Positions 51,955 to 64,000 of a stretch of DNA of 64,000 nucleotides are shown in pieces. The stretch covers positions 1 to 64,000 of the forward strand of contig JAQGDQ010000132.1 in NCBI GenBank assembly GCA_030141605.1, in the 5' to 3' direction. The position numbers were made by a program, and so were the translations under genes. The notes under the pieces were generated by a model. The model was given only the letters and a program-made list of their open reading frames with translations. It did no database searches and was not told the DNA's origin. How positions within the stretch are numbered: the first letter of the stretch is position 1; each line of letters starts with the position of its first letter. Source of the stretch: Tubiluchus corallicola. Lineage: Eukaryota > Animalia > Priapulida.

Positions 51955-53809
51955 CATTTAAAACCATTGTGTTTCTACGCTTTAACTAGTTGTAAAGCTT
52001 CTGCAACTTTCATACTGAATTATAATGTGTAAATACGTAAATAAACCTCGCTTGTTGCTTTAAAAGCTGGTGCATTCTTGAAAGATGAATACATGAATGA
52101 ATGCAAAACTTAGAACTGACCTACACGTGTATAATTTTTGCTGTAAAATAAATTACTTGAATTAGGTCAGGAAAACACCTGAAAGAAACATTGTAACATT
52201 GACGACTAGAGGCTTTTTGTGTTATTAAATTTGTTTATTCTTGCACTCTTTTTTCCCTCGTGACTATTGCGTCATGGTTTTTGTAATCGTGTCTTTAACC
52301 CTCGTAAAAGTCACGGTCTTTTCTCAGGGGTGTGTGAAGCGTGTCGCCTTCTGATTGGCTGAGCGAAATAGTTATGATGCAGCTGATGTTGCTGACTACT
52401 GATAAGCCGGTTTCGAGGGTCTCAAAAAACCTGTAAGTTTTTTGCATGTTTAAGTATCAAATTACTGGTTTGCATGTCAACGCATCATTTGCGAGGCCTA
52501 GGAAATTCAACTGTGCAAAATTTCTCAAAAATATTGCCTGTAGCGTTCAACCATCATGTTATTTTGATCCATTTGACTTGGAAACACCCAAGGAATTTCA
52601 CAAATGTGCTTGCTCATTAGAAGCCCAAACCGCGTATCGAAAATGCTTGTTGGTCTCTTTTAATAAGATAGAAAAACTCAAAAGTCAGCAGCCAGAAGTA
52701 ACTAGTATCTGTGGATGGCAAGCTGATTATTGTATTAATCATTCTATAATATAAATCCCCCTGCTAAGAAAAATGGCACCAACAACCATAATTAATGTTA
52801 ATGCGTCATAAGAAAGTGTGACGCAATAGACGGTACGTACATGCAGGCATTGCAGCTTTTTATTTAAACGGCCAAAATATCTTGTGTAGTTTAATAATTA
52901 CAGTGAAGTCAACTGAAACTAAAAAGTAATATGTGAAGTCATCATCAGATGCTAAGAATACTGTAGCTTAGGACCTTGCGATCTGGACGAATCTCATAAG
53001 GTTGATTCTCCTTTTGTCTTGAAATTTAATAATTCTATATAAATTAGGCTAATTATATAGCTTTTTTTGGACACACAGTTAGAACGTTTTCAATCGGCAC
53101 TTATGCGGGGTCCTCTAAGTGTAATTTTTTACCGCTCCATACCTGTAAAAGCCCCACTAACTTTCTGTATTATAATGCTGTAGAGGTTCATTACGTCACA
53201 CGTGACTCATTATGTATCAAGGCACCATTATGTAACAAAAATACTACATTATACAACAAATCTCATAATTCGTCAACATGAAACAATCGTTAAGTAAGTT
53301 TTTGCATCATTCATTATGCAATAATCATTAATAAACCGAAATCTAGACCACTTGGCCACCCAACACAGAACAAGATAATGTAGAGTTGATTGTGGTCTGT
53401 GATTGGATCTTATCACAGTCTGGATAACAGTGCAGTTTCTGTTCTAGATTTGAGTTTGCTTCCGCCTTGATCTGGTCTGGCCGATGGCAGGTCTGGCCGA
53501 AGTGCGATCGATTACAGCTAAATGAATTACGTAGTTAAAATAATTAAACAACAATTAAAGTACATACAGACTTTGATCAGCCATACGTTTGTTTGTTGCA
53601 TAATGATTGTTATATAACGACGCAAAGGTGTTACATTATGACTGTGACACAAAGACGTAAAATTTGCAACATAACGACGAATTTTGTGATTTGTTACATA
53701 ATGTACAGTATATCTGACGCTTTTGTTAAGTCGAAATAACAATTACAAATTGCTGTGCAAACATTTATGCTTAAGACGCCTGCTGATTTTGCGCAGTAGT
53801 TCTTTTTAT

Positions 53810-54042
53810 TGTACGTTCAGACTAGATAGTTCTCTCGGAAGTTCTTTCGCAAGTTCTCTCTGAGAGTAAACTCGCAAACGTGAACGGCTTTGCAAGTTCT
53901 TGCGCAAGAACTCTCAGCAACTCTCACTGAGTTTACAATAATTTGCGAGAGAACGTGCACGGCTGTTCACACTTACGAGTTTGATCTCAGAGAGAACTTG
54001 TGCAAGAACTTGCGAAAGAAAGCTGTCTAGTTTGAATGCGCC
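53810..54042. mobile_element. Fold-back MITE (PIF/Harbinger-like)
   Basis: About 90-bp imperfect inverted arms (gttcagactagatag...aagttctctctgag / ctcagagagaactt...ctgtctagtttgaa). Confidence 0.65.
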
Positions 54043-54330
54043 ACTAGGTTTTCGTCTGATTTGACTAAAAGAAATGGCAAATTTTTAGTTAATTTGTACT
54101 AATCTGAAGCATTTCGCTTTGTTTGTTAAAAATATAAAAATGTAAAGTGTATATTCTTATGCGACACTCTCTATGCGTCTTTTGACAGTTTCGAGAGAAT
54201 GAATACTAAGGACGTTCTCAACCACTTGAAATCTATCAATTCCATAATTCTTTCAAATTTTGTTAAGATCTACACGGAAGTTCCAGGTCATGGAAAATAA
54301 TGACGAGGTGGGGACAATCATAAACACTAG

Positions 54331-55833
54331 TTACGTTAAGAATTTTCGCCATTGCTTTAATCTAAATCGTATGGCTGCTATAAGTTTTTCTTTGTATTTT
54401 ATTGCAGCCGGTATGAATTCACGTGACCGATTACTGGTTTTAAAACAGTCCTTAGCTGACACTCTATAATGATGCAGTTTGGCAATTGTAAAATTAAGCA
54501 TTTTACATCGTTTACAAGCGCCAGCTGGCTCAATCACCTTATGAGTTCCAACTTCTACGACATTTTCCGGTACCACCATCGGCTTGTAGTGCCATTCCTT
54601 ATCTTCATAGACAGCACCGTGTACGTTCTGTACCGTTACAAGTTGTTTTTCTATTGCAGATCTACTTCTACTTCGTTTAGCATCCAACATGTCGTCAAGG
54701 CTTCGACGTCTATGGCAGTTACTCATTTTAAACCATTTAAACATGATGGTGGAATAACTTTTCGGTTGTAAGTTCAAGTTCGTTTCCGCAGCCTTTATAA
54801 TGTCAGGCCATAAATGGTAGGCAGGCGATAGAAGTATTTCGTCCCAGTCTATAAACAGCATGTATTTTGCTTTGTTCATATAGCGATATAAACAGTCATT
54901 TTTTGTTGAGTGATCCGAGGGCGACTTGCCTCCTTCCACCTTCCAGAACCCGCCTTCTGGAGAGCGAAGACCCGTTGGGTATGGCGAAGCCCGCAAATAG
55001 AGCGGCCATTGAATTATTTGCAGGAATTCTGTCCCATCATTGGCGTAGCCATGCAACACTCTGTCTACGTTTTTAGAGTGTTTACTTCCATTGTATATCA
55101 CAACTCTTTCAGCGCCCAAAATTTTATACATTTCGAATGCTTCGACCAGTCTCATCCAATCAGAGAATAGCTCGTCTCCTGGCATAGTTATATATTTCAA
55201 ACAAACCACAAATTCCAACTTTTCCCTCACGTCTTTCCACGTGTTGTGCACGTGAAGCTCATTTTGAATCACATTTTCTTCTTTTGTTGTGACAGAAACC
55301 TTTTCTGGCACGTTTGTTGAGTCGCTGACATTGCAGTAGATGAACACTGGGATATACTCAACGTGAATGCTATTTATTACCTTGCCTCCAAATTGGCCCA
55401 AAACTACTTTGTTGCTACCATTTCCGTACGTAAAGTTACAGTAAATAGACTGTTGGAAGCTGCTTTTCCGCGTAAGTGCTATTATCCTGACCACAGCCTT
55501 GTTTGATTTGACAGTAGTGTTGTAAGCCATAGCCTTGCTTAATTTACCAGCAGTGGCATTGGCAGCCATACAGCTTGACTTCAACTGTGTTCTTGCGTCG
55601 TAAAATGCGGCAAATATGGCGGTTCCCTGTTTTCTGCTTACCATTTGCCAGGTTTCTTGAAATTCTGCATCTGCACTCTTTGCATTAGTTTTAAGCGAAG
55701 AGCTGAATAATCTAAGTTGTGATGTAGACAAAATCCTGGCAATTTTCCTTGGATAATAAGTTACGTACGTTTGTTGCAACAATACACAAATAATAAACAA
55801 AACAACAAGGTGACCTACATACTTTGCTGTCAT
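54331..55833 (-). CDS. Glycosyltransferase family 92 (DUF23; GALT-1-like beta-galactosyltransferase family), type II membrane protein, 500 aa, intronless CDS
   Basis: N-terminal TM helix, AAFYD, FVVCL, VEAFEMYKILGA, NDCLYRY, FIDWDE (DxD), YKPMVVPENV...GTH, LHHYR. Confidence 0.85.
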   Translation of the reverse strand: MTAKYVGHLVVLFIICVLLQQTYVTYYPRKIARILSTSQLRLFSSSLKTNAKSADAEFQETWQMVSRKQGTAIFAAFYDARTQLKSSCMAANATAGKLSKAMAYNTTVKSNKAVVRIIALTRKSSFQQSIYCNFTYGNGSNKVVLGQFGGKVINSIHVEYIPVFIYCNVSDSTNVPEKVSVTTKEENVIQNELHVHNTWKDVREKLEFVVCLKYITMPGDELFSDWMRLVEAFEMYKILGAERVVIYNGSKHSKNVDRVLHGYANDGTEFLQIIQWPLYLRASPYPTGLRSPEGGFWKVEGGKSPSDHSTKNDCLYRYMNKAKYMLFIDWDEILLSPAYHLWPDIIKAAETNLNLQPKSYSTIMFKWFKMSNCHRRRSLDDMLDAKRSRSRSAIEKQLVTVQNVHGAVYEDKEWHYKPMVVPENVVEVGTHKVIEPAGACKRCKMLNFTIAKLHHYRVSAKDCFKTSNRSREFIPAAIKYKEKLIAAIRFRLKQWRKFLT

Positions 55834-57129
55834 TGCCGAACGGCTGCCAATGAACTACTACAGTACTTAAACTGTAAACGGGTGCCGTTATTTCTATGGT
55901 AACTTCGCTCCATGGTTTTTCAAAAAAATGACGTAAAACAATAAACTATTAGCCTTCTTGATACTTTAGTAGTGTGTCAGTTCATTGGTTGTAGCAGCAG
56001 GCCGGCTCTAGGTAGTTTGACATCCTGAGCAACGTATTTCAGCGCTCCCTCCTCAACGGTTCAATCCCTTTGCTCACGGTTCCTAGTTTGCCTCAATATT
56101 GAGCTTTTTCTTGTGTAATATTATAATAGAGTAAAATCGTACCTGTGTGTTAGGTTTACACATGTATTACAATGTACTAATTAAGAGTAGTCAATTACCT
56201 TTCTACAGTTGATCAAGCTTGAAATTGAATTTATCACTGCTTGAATTTAAAATTGGATTTACGACCCCCAATGTCCTCCATGTGAGTCGCCAGCTTTTTT
56301 ATCTTCCGTTTCCTATATCCATATTTGATTCTTATAAGCTTGTCTGCCGTAATTGGAAAAATGATACTGCAAGAAGTTTTTTCATTAACGGAAAGGTCAT
56401 TCTGTAGAAGAGAAAGTGTTTTGCTGAGGGAAGACACTTGCTGGCACCGACTAATCATACGTTTTGACAGAAAATTGACGCCATTGGTTCATTTCATTTT
56501 AATAGTGTTGTTCACTTAAGAAATTACACCTACGCTATGCTATTGCTTAGGCTAAACTTCAAAATCGAAGAATTACGTTCAGAACTTGGCGCCCTAGTGT
56601 TAGAGCCAGCCCAGCGAAGCAGTGACAATAATTAATAGTTTTTAGTTTAACCCATAAGCTAATGAGACCACCAATTATGCTATTAAAATAAGCCAATTTG
56701 CTCACTTGCCATGAAGGTTGCTGTACAGTTTGGGGAAATTTTGCTAGAAGCAATATATTATACACGAGGCGTCTGCCGCCTCCAATCTTTTCCTAAGTCC
56801 AATCTTTTCTGAAAAAAGCCTCTCTGTTCAGTAACGTTTAGTTACAAAATCAAAGCACACATTCATGCATATTCACTGCCAACAATATCTCGCGTTTCAT
56901 AAACAAGAAGGAAGCAAGTTTTGTCTCGCATTACAAGAAAGCTTTCATCATTTTCCAATTTCTGGTTGTTTTGTGTAGTTGATATATTTACTGGCAGTGT
57001 TTCTTAATTTTTCCGTAAGTGATCGAACCCAAACGGGTTCCACTTTAAACATTAATTAATAGTTAAGACTTAACTAAAACTAACAATTTTGAAAGAGAAT
57101 GGAGTTGAAAAAATGAGCTGAAGGATTGG

Positions 57130-57245
57130 GTGTTGAGCCAGTAACTTGAATGGTAGAACAGCTGCCTTGTAAGCAGAAGGTTTTCCGTTCGAATCTTGGT
57201 TGATTCGTAATTTCTCAACACCGCGCTCTTTCACTTGATTAGCCT
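57130..57245 (+). mobile_element. tRNA-derived repeat with Thr(TGT)-like anticodon arm
   Basis: TGTT-GAGCCAGTAACTTGAATGGTAGAACAGCTGCCTTGTAAGCAG...GTTCGAATC...AATTTCTCA; broken stems, so not a functional tRNA. Confidence 0.55.
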
Positions 57246-57544
57246 AAACTAATATTTTTTCAAATTGGCACAAACTATGTTTTGCACTATGAGATCAAAA
57301 TCTTAATGTTAATTAAATTTGTAAACGTTTCAATATTTTCATTCTGGGGCATTTTCAATTAATGACATTTTCAACGTTTCCTCGCATTTTTATTCTTTGC
57401 TGTTTTGCGACTCTCACAGCCAGACTTGTTTGCATCTTCGGTCTAGTGAACATCCCATCCGATCAGCTGATGCAATTTCGTCAGCAACAGGCCAGAGCAG
57501 ACCACTCTGACCTTTAGGAAACATTGAAAACATCGTCCCGTCAA

Positions 57545-57660
57545 TCATTGGCCGCACCCGCAAATGCTACACGCTGATTGGCTAGCCCAGCCGTCAGTTA
57601 GCCGACATAACAACCAACCGCATGACTGAACTGTGACGCACCCACGGCGTGACGTCACAA
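57545..57660. promoter_or_regulatory. GC-richer promoter-like patch between the divergent GT92 and VKOR genes
   Basis: Two ATTGG (CCAAT) boxes ~30 bp apart and a full CRE palindrome GTGACGTCAC at 57649-57658. Confidence 0.35.
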
Positions 57661-60600
57661 ACTGGAAATGTGCAGGGTCGAGTTTAGGTGAAACATGTTT
57701 TGGAGTTTTATTGTTCTGTTTACCGTTTGCTTCAAATGACAAACAATTTTTACATTTCGAGGTAATTAGCAACACAGGGCAAGGGTCTAACCAGAATTTC
57801 ACTGAAGTATGCTATCATAAAATCGTAAATTTAACTTGATAAAGATCATACAGCGAACTTTTCTAATTATATAGACCTGCATATTTGACATGGATTGTGC
57901 GTGAAGTTAGGCTAGCGGCAATTCAGTAAGGAAAACTTACTTGTTACAGAATTATTTGTAATTCGTAAAGAAAACTAAAATTAAAAGAAAAAGGGAAAGC
58001 GAAAAAATGGAAATGACCATTTTGATTTTATCTTCTCTTCTTTCCTTACTATTTCCCCCTTCTCTCTGTCTGTGTACGTGGGGTCTTTATCCCTTTCTCT
58101 CTCCCTCAATCACTGACTAACTCCTTCGCCGTTTTCCCCTTTTTCTCTGTCAGTTTCTCTGTCACTTTTTCTTTTTCTATCTTGCTTTCTAAAACACTTC
58201 TGCAATTCATTTAATGTTGTACTTTTTTCTCAAGCAAATAATAGCGTATAATAGTGGTTACAACATAGCAACTGCAAGGTGACACGTCGTGTCTAAAACA
58301 TTTATATTTGTTGCACGTTTAATAGCACGTTTGAAATTTTATTGCCTTTGTGCTGCAAAAAAAGTGCAAAACTCTTTTATCATCATGAACGCACCATCAA
58401 GGCGAACAAATTTATTACCTGATGTGAGTTTGACTGATTTTGGCTGATGCAACATCCCCGAGTCTTGAGAAGTGTTGGTATTAGCATGGCCTATGTTTGT
58501 ACTTAACTGCTTATTGGATTAGTCGACCAGTGATGGTGTTACAGTTGACAGTGCATTTTCATTTGAAATGAATTAAAATTTATTTTCCTCCATCAGATTA
58601 CAAAATATGCCGTAACCACATCCAGTCTATAGTAAGAGTACGCTGGTATATACAGATAAATAGGGCGTAATAGCCACTACTGCAATTGAAGTGGAGAGAA
58701 GAGAGCGAGCTGACCAAAATGTCATATGGTCAGCTATCCTTTTAATGTAAATAAGCGTAGTAAATAATCGCAGGCAGCACTAAAGAGCTACAGGCAAATT
58801 AAATTAATTCTAACGTTCAGTTAACTGACGTACCTAGCATATATGTAATAATTGTATATGTCATACTGAAGTTGTATTGATAAGTGAACGTTTAATTGAA
58901 CAGGATTATAATTTATTAAGTTAACTGTAAAATGCCAGAAAAAATGAACTGTGCTTTTGATTGCAGTACTGCCTCTGGATTTAATGTTCAAGCAGCCTCA
59001 CAATTTGTCAAAGCAGAGCAGTATTGTTCTGAGGGCTCTTTTGTTGCACCTCCTGGCCTATTTGGCTCATTCTGGAATCCCACTCGGGGGGGGGGGGGGA
59101 AAATCTTGCCGGACTGGTGGGGGGCACTTCTTATAGCCGAGGGACACAAATTCTTTCTGAAAGTATTTTTTCTCAAAATTTTCATGCAAAATCTTCGATT
59201 TTTTTCCTCTCTTTATTAACAAAAACTGCAAAACTGTTCCACATTTTAATACTCATCAAATTTACATCGTAATTATTACTTGAGGTAATATTTTTCCTCG
59301 CACCTGAATACATTGCAATTTGTTCTTCCCTACATAGGGACAGGGAAAAACTTGCCAGAGGCAGAACGTGCTGGTATAACGTTATTACATACTAATTACG
59401 CAGTAACTGAATTATTATATGTAGTAGCGATCTCGTTCTATAAATAGGCTTGCTGCTAGGAAGATAAGATATACTGATTTTTGCAGCAGCCCAGTTAACC
59501 ATCCAAGCCTCACCAATCCCCAGTATTAAAATTCAGTTCATAATAAGAGTTGTCTTGCTGATTCATTGAATTGTGGCTGGCTTTAAATTGTGCTATTATA
59601 GTTACCGTAGCAACTGGTCTTGCTACCAAGTCGCCAACCACTACGAGAACTTAATTACTTTTTGAGACTATAAAAAAACTTGCTTCAGTAGTTAAGCAAC
59701 ATCAGACATAAGAAGTGCTTAGCTGGGTGAGATATTTTGCAGAATTATTGTTTGAAGTTGCGTCCTAGCAAAGCGATAGAACCTGTGAGCCAAACAAAAT
59801 AAAGCGCTCCTTTCTTAGTATAGGTCTAAGAAATCTTGTGGTACAATATTTACAATAAGGCAAAATTATTTTGGTAAGTATCACAGTTTTTAACCACACT
59901 ACGAATTACACTGTATCGTCTGGGATGACCTATTCCTGCCTAGATTGTCTTGGCTCCAGCATTGGGAAGTCGTCATTGAGTGTTGGTACTACCACACTCA
60001 GAGATGTCCTAGTAGTCAGAGAACTTCAGAAAATATCAGAGTTCTTCAAAAAGCAGTCAACCAAAGTTGCTGGCGCCATCTATTCGTCAATATAAAATTA
60101 AAATGCGATCAACTGACAGAACTGGCAGTGTCCTTTGCCCTCGATAGACTGAATTTAAGTTTAGAAAATGGCGAATATAAACATATGTGAATTGTGGTTA
60201 AGATGGAAAAAATATTTAAGTATCTATGACATTTTTCACTAAACTCTATAACCATATGGAGAAAATCATAATAACTACGTATAAGATGTGTAATTGATCT
60301 TCGCAAAATCTGCAGCTATGGAAGGCATTGTAAGTCTGCTAGGTTACCTCTCTAGTTAAGTTACTTAGGTTACAATATCATTCATATTTGTTTATTATAG
60401 AAAAAATTAATTTAACAATGTTAAACAAAACTGATTGATTAATCGAGAAAGTTGGTATACAAAAAATGTAAGCGGTGGACCGTGATAGTGCTTTGTTTTA
60501 AAGACAACAGACTTAAACAAGAAGCATCCAAGCATTAATTGCCACTTTAATGTTTTGCCACTTCCTTTTCAATGTTTGCATTAACGTGACTTCCGATAAG

Positions 60601-63166
60601 CTCTTGGGGATAAATAAAACACTACAAGAACGTTAATGCAGCACCTTAAAAAGTCAGTTGCGCAGTAATGCGCATTGGTTCAACGGTTTAGGCTTCATGG
60701 GTTTAGAGGTTTTGTTGATGAAGCCAGCAGCTATACGCGTAGGGCATTCTAGCAACTACGAGGCTGCGTTGTTGTTATTGCTGCATAAATCAGTGGTCTA
60801 GAAGAGTGCGCTTTTGTATTGTGTAGTAGAGTATTCCAGGAAACCAAAAAACAGGTAGGCCCTAGTTACTATCATTAACCATTCAACTCATTTAACTGCT
60901 ATGCTCAAAATTTAACAACAATCCATAATATTTACAACTGTTACTGTGAAGATGAGAATTGTTTTCGTGTCCCCATACCTACACAATATGTGTATGTGAT
61001 AATCTAACTATAACGTATCTATTTGGGGCATTAAATAAAACAATGGAGCAGATAATTACTCCTGAGTAGCCCTGGTATCAGCAGACAATGACGCCATCAT
61101 TGAATGGCAGTACAGGCACCTAGCAATGGCCATATGGTACGGAGGGAAGTTTCATGAAGCGGCAGAAGTAATTTGCCATGAAAATTTCCTAAGTTGCCCT
61201 AGTATGAGTGATTTCTAAATAAGTACAAACAACGTCATTGACTACATAGTTATGAAAACAGTGTCTAAAAACAAAATATTTTACATTTATAGGTCTATAT
61301 GTTTACGTTTATTTGTATTTATACGTATTTTTACTCAATATAATCCAGAATACACAAAGTGTCAGCCTTGCTACAAAAAAGTAACCACAAGTAGATGTAA
61401 ACGTATTTTTTAATATTTTAATTATTATAATATGTTCTTTAATGCGTTTTTAAAGTTGTTTTCATTCATTATTGTCTGAAATTAAAAATTAAAGGAGAGA
61501 GAAAAAAACGAAAGAGTAATGACAGTAATGAGGAATGGTCCCATTGAGAAACCAACATGAATCGTACCTCTGTTCATTTCTGGCATTTCACTCAAAACTA
61601 AATGCTCTTTATAATAACTTTTAGCAGTTTTTTCAGTTTCAGTTTGGTTTCTTCTGCACGGCAGAGGGGGGGGGGCAATAAAAATGTACAAATAACTTAT
61701 GAGGTTTGGTGAACTCAGACTGATAGCTGGTGCTATTGTTTATACTAAGATGATTAAAAGTTAAAAACAATTCGTCGTACAACAAACACTTTCATTGCGG
61801 CCACTAAAAAGAGGTGGTGCAGTAGGTAAACACTTTTTGAATATTGAAGAATTATTTGCCCTGAACATTACCACAATTTGCCCCATAAAAGTACATTTCA
61901 TTTTCCCTGGTAGAACAACTGCCCCCCCACCCACCCCCGCCACTTCGTACGCTTATGCCGAATGCAAATGTTTTTATTGTATATGTAAGGTGGTAGTTTC
62001 ACTGCTGAGCCAACTAACCACGCATAAAATTTGCTACTTAAAACCGCAATGATACTGTAATAGTAAGGCATGCGAGACATCTCGGCCTTTTGGTTCTTAT
62101 CATCATTAGCACTTGTTTTACTCAAAGTACGCAGCATTCATACGTTAATAGAAAAATTGGAGTTTCATAGCAATGGAAATATAGGCCTATTTCCAAATTT
62201 TTATTAAAGCAGATTGCTGATATAAGCCACGTTTTCTTTATTAGGAAACCGTTACGGAGGAAATAAAAATTTAGTCGCACGAGCGACAGAACAATTTTTT
62301 TGCAAAGAGCTTAAATATACACAATGCTTTGATGAATTAAGTAGCAGAGTACTTTGCTTAACAGCAATGCACAAAACAGCTACTACAGTTATAATGTCAC
62401 AATATAAGTAATGTGATATACACGTGTAAGCAATAAATGAAAACATACACATAATGTACAGGGTGTTCCAAAACCAGAAGTGTACTAAAATACCAAAATT
62501 CTTCATAATTTTTAGTACACCAAGCAATATTAGTGCACCGTATAAAGTCGATTAAATATGACCAGACTTGTGCTGGAATGTACAAAAACCAAGTCATATG
62601 CTGTAATCTAAGAATATGCTATTGTTTCTTTTGGAATAACCTGTCACTTATTCTGTAGGCATAGTAACAATATTTAATGTGATCAGGGCCAGATTATCCT
62701 ATAGGCTAGTATAGAGTGCAGCCTAGGGTCCTTCAAGTTTGGGGCTCTTCAGCTTTGGTAACATTTGGTAAAAAAAAGGTTTTTTCATTACGGTTGTGTC
62801 GAAAAACGTGCTAATTTGGTTTGCGATAAATAGTAAAATAGTGGTATTTCTTAAAAAATATTTCCATTGGCAAACAAAAAAGAAAGCTATTCTAGTTTAT
62901 TTGAAGAATTTGCACTAAGTTAACTGCAAGCTATGTAAAAATGTCGCTGAAATATATCAGGAGTAAAAAAATCTTCAAGACGGATGCAGGCGAGGTGGAA
63001 GGGAACTCCAGCTGAGGGGCCCCATAATTTCATTTCCATTTTTGGTAGGGGACCCAAAAGGTCATAATCCTGTGGCAAATGGTATTGAGCTCTATGGTTT
63101 TATAAACCTGCAATAGTTTCGAAAATCTGAAGCCTGTGGTTTTTCCTTCAATGTTTGTAGGTTATT

Positions 63167-63812
63167 ATGGCGGATGTTGTTATTTTGAGTTTGCTGGGAA
63201 TAACGACATGTGCGTACGCATACTACGTGGAGACCCGCAAGGAGCAGGACCCCTCCTACCGTGCAATGTGTGACTTCAACGAGTCGATGAGCTGTTCTAG
63301 AGTTCTAACTTCTAAGTAAGTCTGGTTTAAACAAAAACGTAAAACACGAGATATGAAGATAGGAAAAAAGAAAAGAAAGCATTGGGAGAATGGGGGCTGA
63401 AAAAGAGAGAGGGGCAGAAAAACGGAAAGAAAAAGAGGAGCAGAGAGAGAGAGAGAGAGAAAGAGAGAAGAGAGCTCGAAAAGGAGGGAGAAAGATAGAA
63501 GAGAGTGAAAGCTTTTGAGAGGTTATTTAGAGGGAGAGAGAGAGAGTTGGGGAAAGAGACACCAGTTTCGGTAACCATATACCTACTTGTGAAAGGAATA
63601 CCAATTTCAGTAACCATATACCTACCTGTGAGAGAGATACTAATTTCATTAACCATATATATATGTACCTACCTGTATTGCTATAATTGTTGTCACTTTT
63701 AGGTATGCAAAAGGATTTGGAGTGGTTGAAATGCTATTAGGCAAAGCACATTTTCTTAACAAGCCAAATTCACTCCTTGGTATGATTTTCTACGTAACGC
63801 AACTTCTTCTTA
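63167..63812 (+). CDS. VKORC1: Vitamin K epoxide reductase (VKORC1/VKORC1L1 family), first two coding exons; last exon beyond right edge
   Basis: Exon 63167-63315 MADVVILSLLG...YVETRKEQDPSYRAMCDFNESMSCSRVLTSK and exon 63703-63812 YAKGFGVVEMLLG...LNKPNSLLGMIFY; both loop cysteines and GFG present; acceptor at 63160 implies a non-coding first exon (candidate donor at 60855). Confidence 0.93.
63360..63670. repeat. GA-rich low-complexity tract followed by 39-bp repeat x3
   Basis: (GA)n-rich stretch then ac(c/t)a(g/a)tttc..taaccatatacctac units in the VKOR intron. Confidence 0.8.
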
Positions 63813-64000
63813 GTAAGTACCAGACCGTAATGATTTTAATGTTTAATATTTAACGATTAATCAGCTAGTGTCTCTGAAAGCATTTGTATTGAGACCTATG
63901 TAGGTTTACGTTCATTATGACTCATTTTTAATTGCTAATTACCGTAGAAAACAATGAAATGAATATGACCGTATTCGTTTTTAAGGAATAACTGTTACTA

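Noticed and set aside
54260-55170. Plus-strand ORFs overlapping GT92 (likewise 24790-25011 over LYPLAL1 and 8040-8354 over an SLC13 exon)
   Set aside because: Antisense shadows
63167-63812. VKOR substitutions at positions linked to warfarin response in mammals (F for V45, L for F55, Y for W59)
   Set aside because: Such divergence is expected in invertebrate VKORs, and the CxxC-containing exon is outside the window

Overview
AT-rich, intron-rich animal (invertebrate-like) nuclear DNA; the species cannot be named from sequence alone. Six host genes could be spliced by hand from GT-AG sites and reading-frame continuity. They are: an SLC13 Na+/di-tricarboxylate cotransporter (minus strand, 9 coding exons seen, 3' part runs off the left edge); a single-exon LYPLAL1-like hydrolase (minus); a complete 13-exon CNDP2 dipeptidase (plus, head-to-head with LYPLAL1, start codons ~230 bp apart); a complete 3-exon GTP-dependent PEPCK (minus); a single-exon GT92/DUF23 glycosyltransferase (minus); and the first two coding exons of a VKOR (plus). 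CNDP2 intron 5 carries a very young Gmr1-like Ty3/Gypsy LTR element with apparently identical 245-bp LTRs, a 4-bp TSD, intact Gag-protease and no reverse transcriptase. Introns and intergenic DNA hold many MITEs (Tc1/mariner, hAT, Harbinger-like), Helentron-associated elements, LINE 3' remnants, tRNA-derived repeats and simple repeats. The most noteworthy observations are a PTS1-like C-terminal extension on CNDP2, the RT-less Gmr1-like insertion, the cramped LYPLAL1/CNDP2 arrangement and the 3'-biased intron loss in PEPCK. I found no clearly new multi-gene system; most short ORFs in the track are noise or antisense shadows.
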